A stretch of DNA of 64,000 bases from Candidatus Babeliales bacterium (GTDB lineage Bacteria > Babelota > Babeliae > Babelales > JANWKD01), in contig CAVRJO010000002.1 in the NCBI GenBank assembly GCA_963722255.1, positions 416,001 through 480,000 of the forward strand, in the 5' to 3' direction. Of this stretch, positions 10,988-21,234 are shown in pieces. The notes beneath the pieces are model-generated. The model had not been told where the DNA came from. It saw nothing but the letters and a program-made list of their open reading frames with translations, and made no database searches. Position 1 is the stretch's first letter. Each line of letters opens with the position of its first letter. A program made the position numbers and the translations under genes.

Positions 10988-12894
10988 TTACTGTTTCAAT
11001 TAGATCATCATGCATAAGATTAACCACGGCACGTAACTGCTTAGTAGGAATTTTGGTTCCATACTGAAATGAAACAAACCCATCAATAACGCTAAAATCA
11101 ATACCCGATTTAAAGGTTGCAATTCTCTTTCCTGCTAAACTAAGAATATAACAATCAGAATCCTTGGTAAGAGCGATTGATGGATGCAGTGTAAAGTTCC
11201 AGCACCCGAGCAAATCAGGATCCTTTTTTTGTACCGTTTTCCAACAATCAGCAATAACTATTTGATTAAGATTCTCCTTATATTCTATAGATCTATACGC
11301 AGTTAGACCGTAAAATCTTCTATATAAGGTATGGCTTGTTTTTAATCGATACTGATTATTAACATCGTGCCATTCTTGCAAAAATTCTTGCTGAGGGAGT
11401 TGCAACGAAAAAAAGAAAATCATCAAACTCAATGGGTTCACAACCCTTCACATAAAAACTGTTATGATTTTGAATAGATCTAAAATGGTTACGCCAAAAA
11501 GCTGAAGGTGTATACAAATAACTACCCGGGTCAACAAAAATGGGTTTACCATCAACAGCAAGCGTTATGCTGCCCACATCATTGTGAAAATGGCCTGAAG
11601 GTTGATTATTTTTATACACATGGTGGCGTAAGGAATAATGAACCCGGTCAGTTTTAACGATCGAAAGACCGAAATTTCTAAAATGTTTTACCGGTTCATA
11701 GTAGTCATCGGATTTCATCGATTGTATAAGGTTGGTGCTTATTCCGGAATATAAGATTTTGCCTGAATCATCATCGCCAATACGAATTATAGAAGTGTCA
11801 GAATTTGGTTTACACCAGTCAATAAAACTAAACATTCTTGAAAGTTTTTCTATAAAGCTTTGATCAAATGCAAAGCCCATTTTGGGTGCAAGCAGATAAA
11901 AATGGTACACTATTTCTGTAATAAGCCCATGATAGGATGTTGAACCTTCATAATCAGCCCCTTCATCAAAAATCTGTTTTTTGAATTCTGATAACAACTC
12001 CTGAAAACACCATTCTGCTCGTTGTGGAACTTGGGGTAAATCATAAAAATAGTAGCATAGATAAAAATATCCTATAAGATCCGAAAAATAATGGTTGGAC
12101 GTACGCAAATCATAGATCTCCCAGTTATTTTCTAGATAATGAAAATGATCGTAAAGGCTTTCAGTAATTTTTTGTAAAAATTCTTGAGAAACTGTTCTAC
12201 TCTCTTTAAAAAGTTCAAGAGCCCAAATAATATTTATGCTCCGAATGGCTACGTCCATCGGGCATGCCCAATTAGCTCCTAATAAGAAACTATTATGGGC
12301 TAACCAATCTTCATAATGCCTCACAAATGTTTCGGCATATTTTTCATTACTTGAAAGATTATATGCTTGACCAAGAATAAAAAAATGGTGCAACCGAGAA
12401 AGCTCCCAGGGAACTTTAATGTCTTTTGTAGTTTGATCTGTTCCTGAACAAATTTTTACATCTTTAAAGTAGGCCCGCCAATCAAATTCAGACTGAGCGG
12501 TTGAGTTTTCTGCTTGTAAACGAATATCAGTATGCCATGGAATTATAGCATAGTTTTTTAATGGTGAACCAAGAATAGAAAAACAATTTTGCACGTAAGT
12601 ATCTGCTTGAGCAATAAGCAATGCTTTCTCAAAAGAAACTTTAAAATCATCAGGATGCAAAGCAATTCTCTTGCTAGCATCTAACCAGAAAAGTGTGAAT
12701 TTTTTATACTTCTTTGCAGAATGTTTTTTTACAATATCATTCCATTGATAATGAGCTTTTTTTAAGATCGCTTTTGAACGCCAATAGGTGTCAAATATTC
12801 TACTTTGAATGCGTGTATAGAGAACTGCAACTGAAGTTTTAGGTCCTAATTCAATGGACCTGCGCATATAATGCTTTAATTTTCTTAGCTCCAC
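10974..12894 (-). CDS. Heparinase II/III-like protein (one frameshift near 11400)
   Basis: DIKVPWELSRLH, SNHY, EGSTSYH, GHFHNDVGS, VDPGSYLYT; the C-terminus continues in ORF 10974-11441. Confidence 0.85.
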
Positions 12895-12909
12895 TACTCA
12901 CCTTTATCA

Positions 12910-14839
12910 TTATTGTAATCGAGTCCCATTAGGAACTGTTTTTTGAACAGAAATTAATTGTAAATTGCCTTGATCATCTTTAGCAGTCAAAATCATTCCT
13001 TGTGATTCTAAACCCATCATCATACGAGGTTTTAAGTTATACACAAAAACGGCCTGCTTTCCTATCAACTCTTCAGGCTGAAAAAAAGTTCGAATACCAC
13101 TTAATATTTGTCTCATACCACAATCACCAAAATTAACCTTTAAACGATATAACTTATCTGATTTTGGAATCGTACGGCACTCTTCAATTGCACCAACACG
13201 TAATTCAATTTTTGCAAAATCAGTAATATCAACCCCTTCTATTTCAATTGGCTTTTGTTCCATGATTTCTTCTTCTTTTCTTGGTTCAATTTTATTAAAT
13301 AAGTTTGGTATTTTTTGAATAGTAAAAGTATGATTCCACGTTTCGTGTTCTAAAAGTTCAACACAATCAATTGTTCCAAGATTATGCATGGCTCCAATGC
13401 TTAATAACATTTGTTCCATACTCTTGGGCATAATGGGCCATAAGAGAAGACCTACAGCACGCAGACTATGGCATATCGCTGAAATAACCTCTAAAAATTT
13501 GGTGCGATCTTTTTGTGCTAACTTCCAAGGTTCATGTGCATGAAAAAAAGCATTTGATTGTGCGATAAATTTCCATATTGCAGCTAATGCCATATGAATC
13601 GAATATTCATGCATATATTTTTTGACTTGAACAATCATTTGTTTTGCTTGTTCATGCAAAGCGATTCCGTCAGAAGACCATTCAACCGGATCCAAATTAA
13701 AAATTTGATTTTTTTCAGCAAGCGTTGTCATGCGATTCAACAAATTTCCAAGATCATTAGCTAAATCTGAGGTAATACGCTGTTCTAGATCATCCAACGA
13801 GAAATTAGAATCTTGACCTATCGAAAATTGTCTCATTAAATAATAACGAACCTGATCAACACCATATAATTCAGCCAATTGCTTTGGATCAACAACATTA
13901 TTTCGTGATTTAGACATCTTTTCATTATCAATTTTTATCCATCCATGTACTAGCAGTTGCTTTGGTAGCTCCAATCCTGATGCCATGAAAAATGCAGGCC
14001 AATAAACGGCATGAAATCGTACAATATCTTTACCCAAGATCTGAAGATCTGCAGGCCACCAATAATTAAACTCCTTTTGCCTCTCTTTTTGCCCATAGCC
14101 AATAGCCGTAATATAATTATTCAATGCATCTGCCCATACATAGGTAACATGCTTTTCACTGCCTGGAAAAGGAATTCCCCAGGTAATTGACGTACGCGAA
14201 ATACTCAAATCACGCAACCCAGATTTTACAAAATTGATTACTTCTTGCGTTCGTTCTTGAGGCACAATAAAATCAGGATTTTCTTCATAAAAATGCAATA
14301 AACGATCTTGATATGCCGACAATTTAAAAAAGTAGGATTCTTCAGAGAGAACAACTGTTGTCACGCAGCACATAAGGGACATAAAGGCTTTTTTATTTCC
14401 TGAACTTCTATATCAGTAACAAAAGCTTCACATGCGTACAATACCATCCTTCATAAAAAGCTTTATAAACATCACCTTAATCAATAATTTTTGTAGCCAT
14501 AATTGAACGGCTTTGATATGTTCAGTATCGGTCGTTCGTATAAAATGGCTATATTCTAAACGATATTCTGCCAAACTTCTTTATAAGCATCGAATAAAGC
14601 TGTCAACAAAATTCTTTGGCGCCATTGCCGCTTTTTGCTGCAGCTTGTGCAATTTTTTGGCCATGCTCATCAGTGCCTGTTAAAAAAAGATATTTGATCC
14701 CAATAAGCCTATTCCAACGGGCTAAAACATCTGCAAGAAAAGTCGAATAGAGTGAACCTAAATGAGGCTTAGCGGTAACATAATAAATTGGCGTGGTAAC
14801 ATAAAATTTTTTTTGATGGTTATTCATATTAGTTTTCAA
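12910..14839 (-). CDS. metG: Methionyl-tRNA synthetase with C-terminal tRNA-binding domain (frameshifts at 14380-14620)
   Basis: YVTTPIYY, PHLGS, TGTDEHGQKI, YVWADAL, GKDIVRFH, KMSKS, C-terminal OB fold (ESQGMIL). Confidence 0.95.
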
Positions 14840-15029
14840 TTATTATTATTTTTTTTATAGATGATTAATAAGTTTAAAACATTTATAGCAATGATGCAAA
14901 AATATTATTAAGTCTTCAAAGCCATAGAAATGAAATAATATTCTTAAAAAAATAATTCATATCTTGATTTCATGTTTTATTACCTGATTTACTATTAAAA
15001 AAAATAGTTCTAATTTCGGAGAAATAGTT

Positions 15030-18000
15030 ATGAAAGCATTCAAGCAATTAAAAAAATTGTCAAATATTGTTGTTCTAATTGCGCTATTCCTTCAACCTCT
15101 TGCTTTACCTGCGCAACATATTATTCAAAACAGCAATAACAACACCGTTGAAACCTGTACTGTACCTGATTCATTTCTCAATTTCCTAGAAAATATTATC
15201 ATCAAAGCTCTCGAAAACAATACCATCGATTCTCTTTCAGAAAATTTATTACGATGTTATGAAAGGCTACTACAAGGGGAATCAACAGTCCTCAAGGAAG
15301 ATCTCATCTGTGCATTTCCTGAGCTTATCAACGGTCTAGATGAACAACTTAAAAATTCAAAAGCTCCTCGTCCCGATGCGCCATTTGATACGGCAGGTGT
15401 TGTCGGTTCAGCTCTAGTAACATGTAACTTAACGCCAATATTAGAATTTTTAGAAAGCATTAAGCTGCTTATCATTAATTGTTGTAACAATCAAGCAAAC
15501 TGCTGTGCTGAACTTTTAGCCGATTTTGCAGGAACATTTTCGGTCCTTGCTGATATCAAACAAACCATTACGACAGACTTCAATGGAACGTTCACTGCTA
15601 TTGCTGCTCTTGTTGTAGCTGCTTGTGATCTTTCCGGTGTATTTACAACTCTCCATGATCTTGAAACCACCGTAACTACATGCTGTGCAAATATCCAAAA
15701 TGATTTTGATTTCACCTGGACTATTTTGGCAGATATTAAGCAAACAATCACCACTGATTTTAATGGCACCTTCACTGCAATTGCAGCAATCAATGTTGAT
15801 GCTAACAACACCTTCACGGTCCTTGCTGATATTAAAAACACTTTAACAACCTGCTGCGCTACTATTCAAGTTGATTTTAATGATACGTGGACTATTCTTG
15901 CAGATATTAAACAGACTATTACCAACGATTTTAACGGTACCTTCACGGTACTCAATACAATTCTACTTAATGAAACCTCCGGTACTTTCACTGCAATCAA
16001 TGCCGGATTCAATGGGACATTTACGGCTCTTGCAAATCTATTACTAACGGTTACTACCGATTTCAATGGTACTTTCACTGCGCTCAATGCTTGTTGCACT
16101 AACTTAACTAATGATTTTAACGGAACATTCACTGCACTTGCTGACATTAAACAGACTATTACCAATGACTTCAATAGTACGTTCACGCTATTGAATACAA
16201 TTCTACTTAATGAAAATAGTGGTACTTTCACTGCTATCAATGCCGGATTCAATGGAACATTTACGGCTCTTGCAAATCTATTACTAACGGTTACTACCGA
16301 TTTCAATGGTACTTTCACTGCGCTCAATGCTTGTTGCACTAACTTAACTAATGATTTTAACGGAACATTCACTGCGCTTGCTGATATTAAACAGACAATC
16401 ACCAATGATTTTAACGGTACCTTCACCGTTCTTAATACAATTCTACTTAATGAAACTGCTGGAACTTTCACTGCTATCAACGCCGGATTCAATGGAACAT
16501 TTACTGCACTTGCAAATCTATTACTAACGGTTACTACCGACTTCAATGGCACGTTCACTGCGCTCAATGCTTGTTGCACTAACATCACCAATGAATTCAA
16601 TGGAACATTTACAGCGCTTGCAGATATCAAACAAACAATAACCAACGATTTTAACGGTACCTTCACGGTATTGAATACCATATTACTTAATGAAAATAGT
16701 GGAACATTCACTGCTATCAATGCCGGATTCAATGGAACATTTACTGCTCTTGCAAATCTATTACTAACAGTTACTACCGACTTCAATGGCACCTTCACCG
16801 CGCTCAATGCTTGTTGCACTAATATTACTAATGAATTTAACGGCACATTCACTGCACTTGCTGACATTAAACAGACTATTACCAATGACTTCAATAGTAC
16901 GTTCACGCTATTGAATACAATTCTACTTAATGAAAATAGTGGTACTTTCACTGCAATCAATGCCGGATTCAATGGAACGTTTACGGCACTTGCAAATCTA
17001 TTACTAACGGTCACTACCGACTTCAATGGCACCTTCACCGCGCTCAATGCTTGTTGCACTAATATTACTAATGAATTTAATGGTACATTTACTGCACTTG
17101 CTGATATTAAACAAACCATCACCAACGATTTTAACGGCACTTTCACGGTATTGAATACGATATTACTTAATGAAAATAGTGGAACATTCACTGCAATCAA
17201 TGCCGGATTCAATGGAACATTTACGGCGCTTGCAAATCTATTATTAACGGTTACTACCGACTTCAATGGCACCTTCACCGCGCTCAATGCTTGTTGCACT
17301 AATATCACCAATGAATTCAATGGAACATTTACAGCGCTTGCAGATATCAAACAAACTATTACCAACGATTTTAACGGCACTTTCACGGTATTGAATACGA
17401 TATTACTTAATGAAAATAGTGGAACATTCACTGCAATCAATGCAGGATTCAATGGAACATTTACGGCGCTTGCAAATCTATTACTAACGGTTACTACCGA
17501 TTTCAATGGCACTTTCACTGCGCTCAATGCTTGTTGCACTAATATTACTAATGAATTTAATGGCACATTCACTGCACTTGCTGATATTAAGCAAACTATC
17601 ACCAATGATTTTAATGGCACCTTCACGGTATTGAATACGATATTACTTAATGAAAATAGTGGAACATTCACTGCAATCAATGCCGGATTCAATGGAACAT
17701 TTACGGCGCTTGCAAATCTATTACTAACGGTTACTACCGACTTCAACGGAACCTTCACCGCGCTCAATGCTTGTTGCACTAACTTAACTAATGATTTTAA
17801 CGGCACATTCACTGCACTTGCTGACATTAAACAGACTATTACCAATGACTTCAATAGTACGTTCACGCTATTGAATACAATTCTACTTAATGAAAATAGT
17901 GGTACTTTCACTGCAATCAATGCCGGATTCAATGGAACGTTTACGGCACTTGCAAATCTATTACTAACGGTCACTACCGACTTCAATGGCACCTTCACCG

Positions 18001-18659
18001 CGCTCAATGCTTGTTGCACTAACTTAACTAATGATTTTAACGGCACATTTACTGCACTTGCTGATATTAAACAAACCATCACCAACGATTTTAACGGCAC
18101 TTTCACAGTATTGAATACGATATTACTTAATGAAAATAGTGGAACATTTACTGCAATCAATGCCGGATTCAATGGAACGTTTACGGCGCTTGCAAATCTA
18201 TTACTAACGGTTACTACCGACTTCAACGGAACCTTCACCGCGCTCAATGCTTGTTGCACTAACTTAACTAATGATTTTAACGGCACATTCACTGCACTTG
18301 CTGACATCAAACAAACTATTACCAACGATTTTAACGGTACGTTCACAGTATTGAATACGATATTACTTAATGAAAATAGTGGAACATTTACTGCAATCAA
18401 TGCCGGATTCAATGGAACGTTTACGGCGCTTGCAAATCTATTACTAACGGTTACTACCGACTTCAACGGAACCTTCACCGCGCTCAATGCTTGTTGCACC
18501 AACTTAACTAATGATTTTAACGGCACATTCACCGCACTTGCTGATATTAAACAAACGATTACTACCGATTTTAATGGTACCTTCACTGCTCTTAATGCTA
18601 TAACTGCCGATACAGGTTTTGTTTCAGTATTTGGCGATCAAATTGTAGGAACCAGGTAA
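15030..18659 (+). CDS. Secreted FNGTFT-repeat fibre protein, paralog 2 (N-domain plus stalk)
   Basis: Signal-like N-terminus, KAPRPDAP motif, 11 copies of an 80-aa repeat; ends at an in-frame TAA just inside the head domain. Confidence 0.9.
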   Translation: MKAFKQLKKLSNIVVLIALFLQPLALPAQHIIQNSNNNTVETCTVPDSFLNFLENIIIKALENNTIDSLSENLLRCYERLLQGESTVLKEDLICAFPELINGLDEQLKNSKAPRPDAPFDTAGVVGSALVTCNLTPILEFLESIKLLIINCCNNQANCCAELLADFAGTFSVLADIKQTITTDFNGTFTAIAALVVAACDLSGVFTTLHDLETTVTTCCANIQNDFDFTWTILADIKQTITTDFNGTFTAIAAINVDANNTFTVLADIKNTLTTCCATIQVDFNDTWTILADIKQTITNDFNGTFTVLNTILLNETSGTFTAINAGFNGTFTALANLLLTVTTDFNGTFTALNACCTNLTNDFNGTFTALADIKQTITNDFNSTFTLLNTILLNENSGTFTAINAGFNGTFTALANLLLTVTTDFNGTFTALNACCTNLTNDFNGTFTALADIKQTITNDFNGTFTVLNTILLNETAGTFTAINAGFNGTFTALANLLLTVTTDFNGTFTALNACCTNITNEFNGTFTALADIKQTITNDFNGTFTVLNTILLNENSGTFTAINAGFNGTFTALANLLLTVTTDFNGTFTALNACCTNITNEFNGTFTALADIKQTITNDFNSTFTLLNTILLNENSGTFTAINAGFNGTFTALANLLLTVTTDFNGTFTALNACCTNITNEFNGTFTALADIKQTITNDFNGTFTVLNTILLNENSGTFTAINAGFNGTFTALANLLLTVTTDFNGTFTALNACCTNITNEFNGTFTALADIKQTITNDFNGTFTVLNTILLNENSGTFTAINAGFNGTFTALANLLLTVTTDFNGTFTALNACCTNITNEFNGTFTALADIKQTITNDFNGTFTVLNTILLNENSGTFTAINAGFNGTFTALANLLLTVTTDFNGTFTALNACCTNLTNDFNGTFTALADIKQTITNDFNSTFTLLNTILLNENSGTFTAINAGFNGTFTALANLLLTVTTDFNGTFTALNACCTNLTNDFNGTFTALADIKQTITNDFNGTFTVLNTILLNENSGTFTAINAGFNGTFTALANLLLTVTTDFNGTFTALNACCTNLTNDFNGTFTALADIKQTITNDFNGTFTVLNTILLNENSGTFTAINAGFNGTFTALANLLLTVTTDFNGTFTALNACCTNLTNDFNGTFTALADIKQTITTDFNGTFTALNAITADTGFVSVFGDQIVGTR
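15897..18590 (+). repeat. 240-bp (80-aa) tandem repeat, 11 full units plus a partial unit
   Basis: cttgc(a/t)ga(t/c)at... recurs every 240 bp (15897, 16137 ... 18537); each unit is 18+15+11+18+18 aa. Confidence 0.95.
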
Positions 18660-19775
18660 GATTATGTTAGCGTTCAATTTCAATATGGAGTATCATCATT
18701 TGATACAACGGCTTCCGTTCTAACCACCGGAACCGTACAATCATCTAACAGCCTAGCAGTAATCTCATCGGGGGTGGGACCAACCGGATTTGCACAGTTG
18801 CAAAGTAATCGTAATCTACGATATCGTCCAGGCCATGAAGGATCTGCATTCTTCACTGCTCAATTCTCGGGTGGCTCGGCAGCTAATTCAACACAGTGGA
18901 TTGGACTTTTTGATAATCTCAATGGCGCCGCAGTCGGATATACCGGAACCACATTCTCAATCCTTTTCAGACAAAATGGTGTTGATACCACAACCCCCCA
19001 AAGTTCATTTAACCGCGACAAACTTAATGGAACAGGCCCAAGCGGTTTTACAATCAACCCCCAAAATATAAATGTATTTAGAATTTCTTATGGTTGGCTA
19101 GGGGCCGCACCGATAAACTTTCAAGTAATTGATCAAAATGGTGAATGGATTACATTTCATCAACTTATATTCTCAAATACAATCCAGGGCTCAACTTTTT
19201 ACAACCCCACATTACCTATTACCGCACAAGTCCTAAAAACGGCGGGCACAACAAATTTAACAATCGGAACGGCATCCTGGAATGCAAGTCTTGTTGGAGA
19301 ACCATCAACGGCCGGCAGTAGATTTTTCGGAGCTTCAAGCGGGACCGTTGCAATATCATCGCCGGGAGTAGGACATTTGATGACAATTATAAATAATACA
19401 ACATTCAATGGAGTACCAAATAAAGTTGCCGTACGAATCTCCTTATTTACCGGAGGAACGGTAACAACTGCCAGCGAAACCTCAATTATTCAAATCTTAA
19501 CCGGCGCAACGGTAACGGGGCTTTCATTCACAAGCGTCAGTCCCAATTCAGTAGTCTCATTTTCTACCGTTGGAACCTATTCTGCAGGAACGGGGACACC
19601 TGTACTCATTATTCCCAATAATACTTTCGGTAGCGGTCCATTTGCACTCTTTTTACCTCAAACAGACATTTCAATTATTCTCCTGCCCGGACAAACTGCT
19701 ACCGTTACGGGGCAAAGTCTTTCCGGAGCCGGAACGACCGGTATTGCGACTCTTACATGGGAAGAGATGTTCTAA
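18660..19775 (+). CDS. Beta-rich head domain, in-frame continuation of 15030 after the TAA
   Basis: Same frame as 15030: ...GDQIVGTR*DYVSVQFQYGVSSFD... aligns with 21235 GDRIEEPRDDQISIQFQYGVSSFD. Confidence 0.85.
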   Translation, partial: DYVSVQFQYGVSSFDTTASVLTTGTVQSSNSLAVISSGVGPTGFAQLQSNRNLRYRPGHEGSAFFTAQFSGGSAANSTQWIGLFDNLNGAAVGYTGTTFSILFRQNGVDTTTPQSSFNRDKLNGTGPSGFTINPQNINVFRISYGWLGAAPINFQVIDQNGEWITFHQLIFSNTIQGSTFYNPTLPITAQVLKTAGTTNLTIGTASWNASLVGEPSTAGSRFFGASSGTVAISSPGVGHLMTIINNTTFNGVPNKVAVRISLFTGGTVTTASETSIIQILTGATVTGLSFTSVSPNSVVSFSTVGTYSAGTGTPVLIIPNNTFGSGPFALFLPQTDISIILLPGQTATVTGQSLSGAGTTGIATLTWEEMF

Positions 19776-19800
19776 AAAAAATAAGGAAGGAAAATAATTA

Positions 19801-21216
19801 ATGAACTTTTATAATAAAAAAACGAGTACTACAAGACTAATAATGATTCTAACAATCTTTATTATATCACCATGCATTATCAAACCAACATCACATCAAC
19901 ACTTTATCATACAAGATCAAAGCAATGCTATCGCAGAACTATCATCATTTGATAATCCAACATATATTGGTCAACAAACCACAATTACGCATCCAGGTGT
20001 TTATGCTTTAAATACCCCTATTGATTTTAATCCGACATCTTCAGGACAATCATTTATTACTATCGCATCAAATGATGTTATTCTAGACTTAAATAGAAAA
20101 ACGATACGCTTAGATGCTACAAATACTCAACCGAACATTATAGGTATCTTTGTACAACCAAATCTAAGAAATATCATTATTAGAAATGGAACCATCAGCA
20201 GCATGACATGGGATGGCATATATGTATCTGATGGCTGTAATCTTATCAATATAAATAATATAAGTATAAACGGGTCTACCGATGCCGGCATTAATATTGA
20301 TGGATTAAAAACAGGAACAGGTATCTCTAATGTCACGCTCAATGATATAGATATACAACAAATAAATGGCGCAGCCTCAAATGCCTACGGAATTTTATTA
20401 AAATATACTTTCATATGTAACCTAATTGAATGTATGGTCACCCAACTCAATACAAATTCCTCAAATTGTTACGGTATTAAAATTAAAAATTCTGATTCAG
20501 CTCAAATCAAATCATGCATAGTAAGTGAAAATAACTGTGGGGGTACTGTTAATATTGGCTATCAAATAATAAATTGTACTCCTTGTATCATTGAAGACTG
20601 CCTATCAGCAAACAATACCTGTACAGGCTCAAATCCGATATCAACAGCATATGGGTTCAGTCTTGAAAGGTCACAAAATCAATTGATGAATAACTGTTCA
20701 GCAATTTCAAATCAGTGTACTTATACAGCCTGTGGTATTCGTCTCTTTCAATCTGAAAGTTGCATCGTTAATAATTGTCAATCGCTTTCTAATACAAGTT
20801 CTTTATTAGATGCCATCGGTTTTATAGATGATACTGGATTTGGTAATGAATTCAACGAATGTATTGCAAATAATAACAACGGAAAAACAAATGGATTTGG
20901 ATTTTTACTTAATGCAATCAGCTCATCAGCAATAACCGACTGTGATATTAGGGCAAACTTAAGTACAACAGGAACTGCTTATGGAATTTCATTAACAACA
21001 ACAGTATGTACTATTGCAAATAATACCATTGTAGGCCATATCGGCAATGGGGGCTACGGTATATTTGATAGCGCCAACCTTGCGACCGGTAATGTTTATT
21101 ATGGAAACTACGCAATTAAAAACACTATTAATTATTCTCCTGGAAATCCGACAATTCCTGTTTTTGCCGGACCAGTAAGTGCAATCCCGGGACCTTTACA
21201 AAATATTTCACTCTAG
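19801..21216 (+). CDS. Secreted right-handed parallel beta-helix protein, Cys/Asn-rich
   Basis: ITHPGVYAL, ITIASNDVILDLNRKTI and repeated I..C....N...G.GF turns. Confidence 0.8.
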   Translation: MNFYNKKTSTTRLIMILTIFIISPCIIKPTSHQHFIIQDQSNAIAELSSFDNPTYIGQQTTITHPGVYALNTPIDFNPTSSGQSFITIASNDVILDLNRKTIRLDATNTQPNIIGIFVQPNLRNIIIRNGTISSMTWDGIYVSDGCNLININNISINGSTDAGINIDGLKTGTGISNVTLNDIDIQQINGAASNAYGILLKYTFICNLIECMVTQLNTNSSNCYGIKIKNSDSAQIKSCIVSENNCGGTVNIGYQIINCTPCIIEDCLSANNTCTGSNPISTAYGFSLERSQNQLMNNCSAISNQCTYTACGIRLFQSESCIVNNCQSLSNTSSLLDAIGFIDDTGFGNEFNECIANNNNGKTNGFGFLLNAISSSAITDCDIRANLSTTGTAYGISLTTTVCTIANNTIVGHIGNGGYGIFDSANLATGNVYYGNYAIKNTINYSPGNPTIPVFAGPVSAIPGPLQNISL

Positions 21217-21234
21217 CAATTTAAAGGTAAATAC

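Noticed and set aside
15491..18586. 906-aa and other minus-strand ORFs
   Set aside because: Antisense shadow of the 15030 repeat gene.
15897..18590. Possible CRISPR array or diversity-generating retroelement
   Set aside because: Repeats are contiguous coding units with no unique spacers; variation is mostly synonymous, not adenine-specific; no cas or reverse transcriptase gene in the window.
18657..18659. Genome-wide TAA reassignment
   Set aside because: TAA ends ordinary genes here (tilS, gltX, metG) at the expected positions.
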